The translations under genes were made by a program, and so were the position numbers. Positions 1 to 9,246 of a DNA stretch of 64,000 nucleotides are shown piece by piece. The DNA is taken from the IMG/VR virus record IMGVR_UViG_3300020202_000062, positions 64,001 through 128,000 of that record, one strand, 5' to 3'. The notes beneath the pieces were generated by a model, which did no database searches, had not been told where the DNA came from, and saw only the letters and a program-made list of their open reading frames with translations. Source of the DNA: a virus. Numbering within the stretch: position 1 is the stretch's first letter; every line of letters begins with the position of its first letter.

Positions 1-2307
1 GTAAGACACCATAGCGTACGATGCTGCGTGAGCACGGTTGAATCCGTATCCACCGAAGTATTCGATGTCTGAATAGATCTTGTCAGATATATTCTGAGCA
101 ACATCGGCCACCGTTTTAGCACCCTTTACGAATGCCTCACGGAACTGACCGATCTTATCCATTTGTTTCTTGCCGATAGCCTTACGAAGATCGTCAGCCT
201 CACCCACCGTGAAGCCTGCTAGTGTCTTGGCTACATTGAGTACATCCTCCTGGTAAAGCATAACTCCATATGATGGATCTAGCACTTCCTTAAGGATTGG
301 ATGAGGATATGAGACCTTTTCTCTGCCGTGCTTACGGTTGATGAACATCTTATCCATGTCTGATCCGAGCGGACCAGGACGATATAGTGAGATGAGTGCC
401 ATGACATCAGAGATGTCTGTAGGCTGTAGCGCAAGCATCATTGATCGCATACCTGGCGACTCTAACTGGAAGATGCCAACACAGTTGCCTTGTTTTAGTT
501 GCATATACGTTGGCTCGTCATCAATCGGAATGTCGTCAACTTCGATATCTATACCACGATACCTCTTAACATTGTTAACGCACATGTCGATGACACCAAG
601 GTTACGTAATCCTAGGAAGTCGATCTTAAGTAGACCGTTCTGCTCTACTCGGTTCATATCCCATTGGCTTACGATGATGTCTTTGTTCTTGCCACCGACC
701 ATTACAGGGACGTAATCTGTGACTGGATCACGAGAGATGATTACTCCCGCAGCGTGAATTCCAGGTTGTCTATATACTCCCTCAAGGCCTTTTGCAACAT
801 CAATGATGTGTCTGGCCTCAGGGTCATCTCTGTAGGCTTTAGCCATGTCTGCGGTTGCAAGTGATTCTTCAATGCTCTTAGTGACTCCAAGTACCGGGTC
901 GGGCACCATCTTGGCCACCTTGTCACCGATTGCATACTCATATCCCAATACCCGTGCTGCGTCTCTAATAGCAGACTTCGCGCCGACTTGGCTGAAGGTG
1001 CAGATATGTGCGACGTGGTCAGCACCATACCGTTCGCGAGCATAGTTGATGACCTTTTCTCGGTGTCGATCATCGAAGTCGAGATCGATATCTGGCATGG
1101 ACTTTCGTCCCTCCACCAAGAAGCGTTCGAACATGAGTCCAAACTTAATAGGATCAAGATTGGTAATGCGTAGTGCGTATGAAAGGATACTTCCAGCAGC
1201 GCTGCCTCGACCCCATCCCACTCGGATACCGTTAGCCTTAGCCCATCCAACCAAGTCTGAAACCACAAGGAAGTAGTCTCCGAATCCCATTCGCCCGACA
1301 ACACCCAACTCATGAAGTGTTCTCTCTCGTACTTCGTCAGGGATGGGATCACCGTACCGTTCTTTGATGCCTTCCCAGACCTTTTCTTCGAGATATTTAG
1401 TTCTATCCACCTCCTTAGGAAGAGGGAATTCGGGGAAGTATAGTTCTCCAAACTTGAGATCGACATTTACCATCTCTCCAATTAAGCAGGTGTTCTCTAG
1501 CCACTCTTCATCGAAGGTTCCTACCATTTCTTCGTAGGACTTCAGATAGAAGTCTGGTCCATTGAACTTGAAGCGGTTCTCTTGGTCTACAGTAGCGCCG
1601 GTAGACACACACAGCATGGCATCGTGCGCCTCTGCGTCGTGCTTGTGGACGTAGTGGCAGTCTCCCGTAGGAACAACCTTAGCGCCAATCATCTTAGCGA
1701 TTCTTAGAGTATCTTCTTTTACTCTATGCTGCTCTTCTAGACCGTGATCCTGGATCTCGATGAAGTAGTTCTCTTTACCTACGATATCCTGCATCTTACT
1801 AGCCACGTCTAGAGCGGCCTCAAAGTCGCCACGAAGCAACGCCTGCTGGACTGCCCCATTGAGGCATCCGGAGAGCACTATGAGGCCCTCAGCGTGCTCT
1901 GAGAGCAAGTCTAGATCAATACGAGGCTTAACGTAGTAGCCTTCTAGGTATGACCTGGACGAGAGTTTGATGAGGTTCTTATAACCATCCATATTCTTAG
2001 CAAGAATGCTGAGATGGTACGGGCCTCTCTGGTCCCATTCGTTACGTGCGGGACCTGCACGTTCTTCTTCGTCACGATCGAACCTCGTCTTACGTGCCTG
2101 GTAAGCCTCTAAACCAAGGATGGGTTTGATATCATGCTTCTTGCACGCATCATAGAAATCGGGCCAACCATGAAGGTTGCCGTGATCAGTGATCGACAGC
2201 GCAGGCTGACCCAACTCTTTTGCTCGCTTGGCATAGGATTCGCACTGACCGTGTCCGTCTAACATACTAAAGACGGAATGGTTATGCAGATTCACCCAAT
2301 TCTTCAA
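1..2307 (-). CDS. dnaE: DNA polymerase III alpha subunit (3' end runs off the window)
   Basis: Missing from the ORF track; translated by hand from TTG at 2307 (GAGGAG upstream), open to base 1. PHP motifs LHNHSVFSMLDG, ITDHGN, TGDCHY; polymerase motifs GRGSAAGS, PDIDLDF, GIHAAG, KIDFLGL, YQED, GYGFNRAHA. Confidence 0.97.
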   Translation of the reverse strand, partial: MKNWVNLHNHSVFSMLDGHGQCESYAKRAKELGQPALSITDHGNLHGWPDFYDACKKHDIKPILGLEAYQARKTRFDRDEEERAGPARNEWDQRGPYHLSILAKNMDGYKNLIKLSSRSYLEGYYVKPRIDLDLLSEHAEGLIVLSGCLNGAVQQALLRGDFEAALDVASKMQDIVGKENYFIEIQDHGLEEQHRVKEDTLRIAKMIGAKVVPTGDCHYVHKHDAEAHDAMLCVSTGATVDQENRFKFNGPDFYLKSYEEMVGTFDEEWLENTCLIGEMVNVDLKFGELYFPEFPLPKEVDRTKYLEEKVWEGIKERYGDPIPDEVRERTLHELGVVGRMGFGDYFLVVSDLVGWAKANGIRVGWGRGSAAGSILSYALRITNLDPIKFGLMFERFLVEGRKSMPDIDLDFDDRHREKVINYARERYGADHVAHICTFSQVGAKSAIRDAARVLGYEYAIGDKVAKMVPDPVLGVTKSIEESLATADMAKAYRDDPEARHIIDVAKGLEGVYRQPGIHAAGVIISRDPVTDYVPVMVGGKNKDIIVSQWDMNRVEQNGLLKIDFLGLRNLGVIDMCVNNVKRYRGIDIEVDDIPIDDEPTYMQLKQGNCVGIFQLESPGMRSMMLALQPTDISDVMALISLYRPGPLGSDMDKMFINRKHGREKVSYPHPILKEVLDPSYGVMLYQEDVLNVAKTLAGFTVGEADDLRKAIGKKQMDKIGQFREAFVKGAKTVADVAQNISDKIYSDIEYFGGYGFNRAHAASYAMVSY

Positions 2308-2962
2308 CGAATACTTCTCTCTCCTCGACTAACTTTGCCCACCATTCTACCACAGCAGGGACTTCTGTTGGGTATGGAATCGTATCGTGCGGCCAGAATT
2401 CTGTCTCGACTCCAGCAACTAGGATTCTAAAGTCGCAGGCAAAGACCTCAGCAGCACTGTTATGCCATCTGCCGGGGCTACCATGTCCATTGTGGGTTCC
2501 TGTGCGTAGTTCTGAGTAAGCATCTTCGAAAGGCTGCTCGTCCATACCGCGGATGATCTCTGCCCACCACTGAATATGATGCCCGTACTCATGAGCAACT
2601 AAATAGCGCGTCATGGCTGGATGAAGTGGGATCCTCTTGGCGCACAAGTAGATGTGGCTAGTTCTTGGGTATGAACCATCTTCACGCTGATTCCTATAAT
2701 CCCAGCACCGCTGAGAGAATCCATTCGTACGCCCAAGTTCGTCCTTGTTGGCGAGCCATAATGTTAATGGATTCAACGGCGGGAACTTCTCCACGCAGAT
2801 ATCTAAGATAGGCTGCGCGTGCTCTCTCTTGTGAGAGTAGCTTGGGATGGGGTCTAGTTCTGCTTTGCCACTCCACCCAGCATAAGCATGGTATGGTACG
2901 CCAGATCTATAGTCCCAGAAGAGATCCTCATCCCGAACTTCTTTAATTTCAACTTCAAACAT
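2282..2962 (-). CDS. HExxH zinc metallopeptidase-like protein
   Basis: AHEYGHH motif followed by a distal AEVFA Glu (gluzincin-like); overlaps the dnaE start. Confidence 0.6.
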   Translation of the reverse strand: MFEVEIKEVRDEDLFWDYRSGVPYHAYAGWSGKAELDPIPSYSHKREHAQPILDICVEKFPPLNPLTLWLANKDELGRTNGFSQRCWDYRNQREDGSYPRTSHIYLCAKRIPLHPAMTRYLVAHEYGHHIQWWAEIIRGMDEQPFEDAYSELRTGTHNGHGSPGRWHNSAAEVFACDFRILVAGVETEFWPHDTIPYPTEVPAVVEWWAKLVEEREVFVEELGESA

Positions 2963-2964
2963 GG

Positions 2965-3231
2965 TTACTTTTCTTGCTCGGTTTCCAGAACTAGCGTCGG
3001 CCAGTCCTTGGACATTTCGGGCATTTCTTGTCCCTCTGGGACTTGAATCTTTGGATCTCTGGTGATGAATCGTATGATCTCTCTACTGGGGTCGATGTAC
3101 ACCCCAATGACCTCATCCTCTAGCCCAAGCCTCTTTGCAACATTCTCCCAAGTGAACGCCCAAGCGCACCTATACTTAGGTTGGCCCTTGTATTCTGGAA
3201 CGGGGTCCCATCCTTCTTCTATCTTTGCCAT
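2965..3231 (-). CDS. hypothetical protein (88 aa)
   Basis: ORF in coupled gene string; TAATG overlap with the upstream gene. Confidence 0.75.
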   Translation of the reverse strand: MAKIEEGWDPVPEYKGQPKYRCAWAFTWENVAKRLGLEDEVIGVYIDPSREIIRFITRDPKIQVPEGQEMPEMSKDWPTLVLETEQEK

Positions 3232-3404
3232 TACTTGTTGTCCGTCCTATAGAATCCGCTACCCTTTAGGATAACTCCACCAAGCGAAAAGACTCTCTTC
3301 AGATCCCCATCACAACCTAGATGCTCACCGAATATGAGATCCGGTTCAGCATGCTCCACTGAAAGACCGCACTCTTTGCACTTGTATTCGTAAACTCTTG
3401 CCAT
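3231..3404 (-). CDS. FmdB-family zinc-ribbon protein (57 aa)
   Basis: Manual translation MARVYEYKCKECG...KRVFSLGGVILKGSGFYRTDNK; YEYxCxxCG and KGSGFYxTD are FmdB hallmarks. Confidence 0.85.
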   Translation of the reverse strand: MARVYEYKCKECGLSVEHAEPDLIFGEHLGCDGDLKRVFSLGGVILKGSGFYRTDNK

Positions 3405-3408
3405 CGCC

Positions 3409-3654
3409 TTAGTCTTCGTCGTCGTAGTTGTTTCTGATGGTTGGATCTACTTTATCATGAGTGATGCCGATTCCACGACGTGAGTCCTGACGATTTAGAT
3501 ACTCATCACGATTTGCACGGGCGTCAATGATATGCACTACCCCACCACAGTACTTGCATGATGGGCGCATGAAGGAACTTCTCTCCATGTAAGACGCTGG
3601 CTGGTCTGACTTACACTCGATACAGATACCGATATATTCTCTTCCGTCTGCCAT
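3409..3654 (-). CDS. zinc-ribbon protein (81 aa)
   Basis: CIEC...CKYCGG double CxxC. Confidence 0.75.
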   Translation of the reverse strand: MADGREYIGICIECKSDQPASYMERSSFMRPSCKYCGGVVHIIDARANRDEYLNRQDSRRGIGITHDKVDPTIRNNYDDED

Positions 3655-3785
3655 TACTTTCTCTTTCCTTTTCTCTTTCCACCTGGCTTTATTGCACTAA
3701 CTGTTTTGGTGCCCTTAGGTGGCTTGACGTATTTAGACTTAGATGGGCCAACACCGAACCCCATACCTCCACTGGACACAGGCAT
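3654..3785 (-). CDS. small basic Gly/Lys-rich protein (43 aa)
   Basis: Manual translation MPVSSGGMGFGVGPSKSK...KRKGKRK; TAATG overlaps at both ends. Confidence 0.65.
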   Translation of the reverse strand: MPVSSGGMGFGVGPSKSKYVKPPKGTKTVSAIKPGGKRKGKRK

Positions 3786-3931
3786 TACTTATTCTTCCTG
3801 TCACTTTTCGTCCCATCCTTGATTTGCTTTAGATGGGTCTTAGCATTACTGTCAGTGGTCTTGGGTGTGTATGATTTGGCGTAACCGTTTGTCTTAAACG
3901 GCTTCCAAGTTGGACTCTTTGCTTTAGCCAT
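3785..3931 (-). CDS. small basic protein (48 aa)
   Basis: Manual translation MAKAKSPTWKPFK...SDRKNK; strong RBS TAAGGAGATATAC-ATG; TAATG overlap. Confidence 0.75.
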   Translation of the reverse strand: MAKAKSPTWKPFKTNGYAKSYTPKTTDSNAKTHLKQIKDGTKSDRKNK

Positions 3932-3969
3932 GTATATCTCCTTAGATAGGTTTATACTAGACTAGTAAC

Positions 3970-5178
3970 CTAGTCCTTACGTTTATACCCGAAACGTATA
4001 GGTGATGGCGAGGCTGTCTCGTCTGTCTCTAACAGTTTACCATTGATCTCTACCCATTTCCTCTTGGCTTCAAGAGAACAGTCTCCACACCCTACGCCTG
4101 CACCGTTGGCACGTTCGCATGAGTATGGTCGCCCACCGATACCTAGTTCGCGCCGCCTAATCCAGTCCTGAATGTGAGCGTTCGAACGCTCCCAACTGTA
4201 GTCGGAGCAGTTCTTTAGGATTTCGTGGAGGTAGAAGAGGGCTTCCTCGTTGTACGAAAGGATTGATAGAAGGAAGAGTCTTGCCTCATGTGGGAGATCC
4301 TTGTTCTCTTCGGCATACTTCCACCAATCGAGAATAGCGTGGCAGCCGTCGAAAAGAGATTTAGGATCGAAGTCCCTATCCTTGTCGACCTTCTTGAGCA
4401 TCTTTGTCCCATGCTTTGCAAACCTCTCTAGTAGGTCTTGGGTTGTGTAACTCTTGCCTTGCTTTTCTTCCTCTAACCGATATGTAAATTCCCTGTACCA
4501 TTCGTTAGACTTATAGTCGAAGGACTGCTCTGGTACAGGTATTGGGTCGGGAAGTCTTGCTCCCTCTTTGATTGCATCCACAGATCCAGAGAGTAAGAGA
4601 TCTTCGGATAACTCAAACTTATATAGTCCTGTGACTTGATGTCGAGTGTAGGGGATTCTCCACATTCTTCTAGAATCGTACACTTGGAAGTCCAGAGTTT
4701 CGAGTCTAATCTCGTCTCTAACCCGCCCTGCAATAAATCTAAACACGCTCGCAAGGTTCGGTCCTGGGGTAATACCCAAGGCGATAGGCTCACACTCAAT
4801 ATGGAATCCCTTATATCCAGTGAAATAAACTCTAATCGCGCTGGATGGAATTGACTCGCGAAGTCTCTCATACAGTCGTATGGCATCGCCCAATGAGGCT
4901 CCAAGGTCAGGTGAATCGAGATCGAAGTAAAGTGGTCCAAGTGGAATACTATTGTCGACGCTGGGTCGGTTGTATTGCCATACACTTGTATAGACTCCCG
5001 TGTGATTATACTGTTCGGAGAATCTAGAAATGTCTCCAATATCCCAGAAGACTGGGGCTTTATCATTCTTCGGTCCTTCCTGGATCCTAACCACACGCTC
5101 AAGATTAGGCATGTATGCCATGACCTCTACGTATTTGAACTGGCTAGTGTACTTACTCTTGTCATTGGGAAGCCTCAT
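3970..5178 (-). CDS. archaeo-eukaryotic-type (AEP) primase with C-terminal PriL-like Cys domain
   Basis: AEP motifs YFDLD, FTGYKGFH, RMWRIP; C-terminal C...LPHEARLFL...YSC...CGDC. Confidence 0.85.
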   Translation of the reverse strand: MRLPNDKSKYTSQFKYVEVMAYMPNLERVVRIQEGPKNDKAPVFWDIGDISRFSEQYNHTGVYTSVWQYNRPSVDNSIPLGPLYFDLDSPDLGASLGDAIRLYERLRESIPSSAIRVYFTGYKGFHIECEPIALGITPGPNLASVFRFIAGRVRDEIRLETLDFQVYDSRRMWRIPYTRHQVTGLYKFELSEDLLLSGSVDAIKEGARLPDPIPVPEQSFDYKSNEWYREFTYRLEEEKQGKSYTTQDLLERFAKHGTKMLKKVDKDRDFDPKSLFDGCHAILDWWKYAEENKDLPHEARLFLLSILSYNEEALFYLHEILKNCSDYSWERSNAHIQDWIRRRELGIGGRPYSCERANGAGVGCGDCSLEAKRKWVEINGKLLETDETASPSPIRFGYKRKD

Positions 5179-5291
5179 TCGACCTCGGCCTTACCTTCTG
5201 TCTCGCCCTCTTTCCAGAGGACTTGTTTCTTCCATCTAAAGTTGTCTTTGTGAAGTTTGGCGTATGTAACTTCCAGAAGGAATTGCTCCAT
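5175..5291 (-). CDS. small hypothetical protein (38 aa)
   Basis: Manual translation MEQFLLEVTYAKLHKDNFRWKK...; GAGGT directly before ATG; ATGA overlap with the primase start. Confidence 0.5.
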   Translation of the reverse strand: MEQFLLEVTYAKLHKDNFRWKKQVLWKEGETEGKAEVE

Positions 5292-5323
5292 ACCTCGGAG
5301 CAATCCCAACCTCTTACTTAGTC

Positions 5324-5512
5324 TTATCTCTTTTTCCACTTATCCACCAATGCCATCGCTAGTGGTCTCCATAGTCCTGTGCGCTTGCACTCAATGCAGA
5401 CGTATGAATACTCCACATACTTATCGCTCAACTCTGAAATGTAGACGTAGATCGGCTCACCGCAGGAGCAGTTTATGCCAACCTTCCATCTTACTTCTTC
5501 TTGAGAAGCCAT
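5324..5512 (-). CDS. small Cys-rich (zinc-binding) protein
   Basis: CSC...CIEC; fills the gap in the gene string. Confidence 0.65.
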   Translation of the reverse strand: MASQEEVRWKVGINCSCGEPIYVYISELSDKYVEYSYVCIECKRTGLWRPLAMALVDKWKKR

Positions 5513-6168
5513 CTCTCTTCCTCTACTTCTTCACCATCTAAGATGTAGTGCAACTTAGAACAAAGGTGATCAGCAATATGGAGGATCATTTCCATATTAT
5601 TGATTGGAACTGTCTCCGGGATTGGTGACCATGGCCCTCGGTGAGTGCGAATAAGTCGGAGGATATTATACGCCAGGTCATCACCAATGTACAAAGTAGA
5701 AGACTGGCTTTCATTGGCAAATGCTTGATCGTCTGCTCGGACTAACCTAACCAACTCATCCACGGTGTATGGATACATGGGATCATATTTGGGAAACTGA
5801 CCCTCTGTGCCATCGTCAATGAACTTTGTCACATCGTGAAGAATGGCAGCCGCAATAAGTACGTCTTTCTCATCTTGAGTAGTGCTGTAAGAATCTGCCA
5901 GCAGAGATACTGCACGTACCACCCTGCGGGTATGAAGAAGGAGTCCGCCATAGTCTCCTTCGTCTGGAGGGAAAGTCCCATCGTATGTTGATGGAGCATC
6001 CCAGAAGCATCCTGCTCGTAGCATGATCGCACGGACGAAATATTTGACTCCTTGATCTTCAATAAGATCAATCTCATCCAACAATGGCATGAGAATGTAG
6101 TTCTCTTTCTCAAAGTCAGATAGTTCTGTTTCGTCCGTGTTAATGATGTCATCTAGCATCTTACTCAT
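5491..6168 (-). CDS. HD-domain phosphohydrolase (YhaM/CBF1-like)
   Basis: GGLLLHT, ILHDVTK, THRG, IADH motifs. Confidence 0.85.
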   Translation of the reverse strand: MSKMLDDIINTDETELSDFEKENYILMPLLDEIDLIEDQGVKYFVRAIMLRAGCFWDAPSTYDGTFPPDEGDYGGLLLHTRRVVRAVSLLADSYSTTQDEKDVLIAAAILHDVTKFIDDGTEGQFPKYDPMYPYTVDELVRLVRADDQAFANESQSSTLYIGDDLAYNILRLIRTHRGPWSPIPETVPINNMEMILHIADHLCSKLHYILDGEEVEEERWLLKKK

Positions 6169-6322
6169 AGTCGCCCTCCTGCGTCTGGCTTAGTTTCTCA
6201 TACGCCCTGTACATAGTGGCTATGGATTGTCTCATGAGGGTGTGTGGCGAAACTCCCTGATACTGTGCTATCAGAATAGCCATTTGGGTAGTCTCTTCGT
6301 CTAACAAAAATCCTAATCGCAT
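6161..6322 (-). CDS. small putative DNA-binding protein (ribbon-helix-helix-like)
   Basis: MRLGFLLDEET...GVSPHTLMRQSI strand-helix-helix pattern; the ORF track extends it to 6370. Confidence 0.45.
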   Translation of the reverse strand: MRLGFLLDEETTQMAILIAQYQGVSPHTLMRQSIATMYRAYEKLSQTQEGDYE

Positions 6323-7140
6323 ACTTCTGGCCATGCCTTCCAGGTAGAACAAGGTTTGTCGAACGGACATCCCTTACAGTACTGAATCAGTCCACGACGC
6401 GAGGCGAATACTTTACGTCCGTGCACTTCTGTCCACGCTTCGTTGGCCCAATAGTTTAGAGCGGCGATATCCTCTGGGTTTACATCCGCTATATTGAACC
6501 CCGGATGAGTAGAGGCTAGATCATATAGACCATACTGGACGTTCAGAGTCTTTCCCTCGTTCCGGTAGTCGAAGGCTACCTTTAGGGCGGCGAAGTCCAG
6601 AATCATTGACCCTGGTGATGGGCGCTTCACCTTAGATGACCATTTAATAACACGGTACTGATCCTTGGTTCGTAAGACTAAATCGAACTCACCAGTAAGG
6701 TGTATGTTCCTGCGTAGTGGCACCGTAAAAGACTCACCAATTAGAAGCGGGATGCTTGGATCGTTGGTGAAGTCTTCGTAGAAGTTAAGCAGTGCTGCGG
6801 CAGCATCAGTGCTGTACGATGCCTGGTTCTTGTAGAACGATTCGTGCTGCTCTACAGCGATGTCATAAGCCGTGGTGTCCTTGTTGAACCACAACTTCTC
6901 CCATCTGTTAAGTAGAGCAGAATATGATGGTACTGAACCGGCCTGCTTCTTGTAGAAGAAGAATGTAACGACCTTCTTTAAGGTATTCTCAAACCTCATC
7001 GCCAAAAGATCACGCCCGTATATAGGTTCGTACTCTTTCTGTAGATGGCGATAGTCGTACAACCTCTCGCATGTCTGGAAGTCCTTGATGCCTTCTACAT
7101 CGACAGTCAAGAGATCTTCAATTACTAACTTTTTGTTCAT
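6313..7140 (-). CDS. Cas4/RecB-like PD-(D/E)xK-fold exonuclease with Fe-S cysteines
   Basis: N-terminal FQTC plus C-terminal CKGCPFDKPC (4-Cys staple); GEFD motif; adjacent to the helicase. Confidence 0.75.
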   Translation of the reverse strand: MNKKLVIEDLLTVDVEGIKDFQTCERLYDYRHLQKEYEPIYGRDLLAMRFENTLKKVVTFFFYKKQAGSVPSYSALLNRWEKLWFNKDTTAYDIAVEQHESFYKNQASYSTDAAAALLNFYEDFTNDPSIPLLIGESFTVPLRRNIHLTGEFDLVLRTKDQYRVIKWSSKVKRPSPGSMILDFAALKVAFDYRNEGKTLNVQYGLYDLASTHPGFNIADVNPEDIAALNYWANEAWTEVHGRKVFASRRGLIQYCKGCPFDKPCSTWKAWPEVCD

Positions 7141-8597
7141 GAATGAAAGCCCCCATCCCCCAGGATGTCTTCAATTGATATTGGCCCGCTCTCATAAGCG
7201 GCGTCGTCAATGTCTGTGTCGAATTCGATGTATGATTTGATGCTATCGTCGTATCTTACTAGTGGCGGATTCAGAACAAACTCCGAACCTGTAATTCGAT
7301 TCTTTGGAACTTGCAATTGCATCACTAGATCGTCCTCTGCTTCGTCATCTGTGACGAGTTTCTTGGGCGTGATCATGATGATGACGGCACACTTCTGTAC
7401 GATGGCGATAGAGCCACCTACATCATACTGTTCGGCCACTTCGCGCTTCTCTTTTGCGGCCATAGTGTTCTGTTGTGCTGTGATAATGATTACACAGTTC
7501 ATGTCCCTAGCCAGGCGCTCAAGACGAATCATCATCATCTCGTAGTCAGCCCAGCGAGGACCATTACCCTTACCAAGCAGTGACTGAATAGTGTCAATAA
7601 CTACTACGTCAGGGATAACTTCGTTGTGTCCAATTATATCACGCAACCATCGCTCAAGGTCGTCAAAGTAGGAACTATCTGGATCGTGACGGACCATGAA
7701 TTTCTTGCCCCATTGAGTGAGGCGATCCTGAAATGTCTTAACCCTGCTCTTCTTCTCTTCTTCTGTCCACGTCTCAGCATTGGCATAGACGTTTTCCTTG
7801 ATTACCTGAGTAAACAGGATGGTTTCCCAATGGGCTTGTGCCTCTTCGTAGTTAACGAATAGCGTGGTGTAGCCAAGATCTGCCCAATGGTTGACCAAGT
7901 TCTTGGCTAACGTAGACTTACCTTTGCCGGATGGGGCCACGATAGCGTGGACAGCACCACGGAAGAAACCTCCGTTGTCTCTATAGCCCATAGCCCTATT
8001 CAACGATTTGAATGGTGTCGGCAGGAAGTCTGGCAACTTAGTCAACTCCCCTGCCCTAGATGCAATATCTATGGCGGTGGTGACAGGAGCCAATGGATCG
8101 TAATCTAAATCGCTCTCTAAGGAGCGAATCTGTTCCGTCAACTGAGAGATAGACTCAGCGTCTTTATCGTTCTTGTTGGCCTTCTTGGCCAGGAGTAGTT
8201 GCAACTCCTGTACAGCGTTTAACTGCTCTCGCTTGTTCGCTCGGTATCTGAGAACCTTAATTACAGATTCTACAGTTGATAACTCTTGCTCTAGAACAAA
8301 GTCCATGAAGGCACGTACTCCCCCGGCACCACCGAGGGAGTCTGTGATCTCTGTCTCTGAGTCCAGCCACGATCGGAAGGCAATAGGATCCACTGGATCC
8401 AGACCAGTCTTGTCGTGGAAGGTTAGCAACGCTTGATAGAACTCTCCTAGACCCGTATTGCCGTGGATCGTTCCCACCATGTGTGCAGGAAGTTGTTCTG
8501 CGAACGTTGAGATAGCCCCTTCTTCCTTAAAGGCCAGAGCGAATGCCTGATACTCCAAGGGGACTTCTTCATCTAAACTAATCGTCGTCTGATTCAT
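7137..8597 (-). CDS. dnaB: DnaB-like replicative helicase
   Basis: Walker A APSGKGKST, NYEE, VVVIDTIQ, TAQQN, KNR. Confidence 0.9.
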   Translation of the reverse strand: MNQTTISLDEEVPLEYQAFALAFKEEGAISTFAEQLPAHMVGTIHGNTGLGEFYQALLTFHDKTGLDPVDPIAFRSWLDSETEITDSLGGAGGVRAFMDFVLEQELSTVESVIKVLRYRANKREQLNAVQELQLLLAKKANKNDKDAESISQLTEQIRSLESDLDYDPLAPVTTAIDIASRAGELTKLPDFLPTPFKSLNRAMGYRDNGGFFRGAVHAIVAPSGKGKSTLAKNLVNHWADLGYTTLFVNYEEAQAHWETILFTQVIKENVYANAETWTEEEKKSRVKTFQDRLTQWGKKFMVRHDPDSSYFDDLERWLRDIIGHNEVIPDVVVIDTIQSLLGKGNGPRWADYEMMMIRLERLARDMNCVIIITAQQNTMAAKEKREVAEQYDVGGSIAIVQKCAVIIMITPKKLVTDDEAEDDLVMQLQVPKNRITGSEFVLNPPLVRYDDSIKSYIEFDTDIDDAAYESGPISIEDILGDGGFHS

Positions 8598-9219
8598 TCT
8601 TCCTTTTATTCTTCATCTTTCGGTAGGTCTGTTTGCGGTAGTCGCTATTGCGCTGCTTCATTTTCTCGTAGAAGGGGTTGCCCTTCATAGTTCTTCTCTC
8701 CATTTTAGGTGCTTCGGGGGCTGACCTAATAGCCTCCAGCATCCTTTCAAAAACTGCATCGTCGGTCAGTTTATCACAGTACCTAAATACGATCAACGCA
8801 ATGCCCTGTTCTTTGCAGAGTTCTATCTTTCTCTCATCTCTTAACTGTCCCTGCTCGAAATCATACTTATCCTTGTGGAACAAGTTAGAGTAAAAGAAGT
8901 GCTGCCTTCCGTGGTATTCTGCTGCCAACTTATATTTAGGGCAATAGATATCCAGCATGAGGCGCTCACCGATATGGTGCTCATTGATGACTTCTTCGCC
9001 TGGAAGAAGTTTCTTCATGATGTCAGTTAGAGCGGCATGACCTCTGGATAACTTGCGGTCCTTCCTTCGTACCCACTCTAAGCCTAGTTGTTTGATTCTT
9101 TGTGATGTTTTGGCGGTGTTCCAATCTAGTTCCTTCGCTATGTCTGAGATTGACATGTTAGTGGTGAATAAAAGGTCTGTAAGGACTGCATCTTCGTCCC
9201 AGAAGTCTCCTGTATCCAT
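8578..9219 (-). CDS. HTH + DUF559/Vsr-like endonuclease
   Basis: N-terminal SISDIAKEL helix-turn-helix; LDIYCP..LAAEYHGRQH...DERK..C..GI.L pattern. Confidence 0.75.
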   Translation of the reverse strand: MDTGDFWDEDAVLTDLLFTTNMSISDIAKELDWNTAKTSQRIKQLGLEWVRRKDRKLSRGHAALTDIMKKLLPGEEVINEHHIGERLMLDIYCPKYKLAAEYHGRQHFFYSNLFHKDKYDFEQGQLRDERKIELCKEQGIALIVFRYCDKLTDDAVFERMLEAIRSAPEAPKMERRTMKGNPFYEKMKQRNSDYRKQTYRKMKNKRKNESDDD

Positions 9220-9246
9220 GACTTCTTCCTTTCGATTAGTCTTAAG

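Noticed and set aside
741-1466. 241-aa minus-strand ORF and the plus-strand ORFs at 338-1537
   Set aside because: Alternate-frame or antisense shadows of dnaE, which occupies 1-2307 but is missing from the track because it has no stop in the window.
4473-5102. 209-aa minus-strand ORF inside the primase
   Set aside because: Off-frame overlap with a motif-supported gene; no recognisable features.
6313-7140. CRISPR-Cas system suggested by the Cas4-like gene
   Set aside because: No repeat-spacer array or other cas genes seen; solo Cas4-like nucleases are common in phage replication modules.
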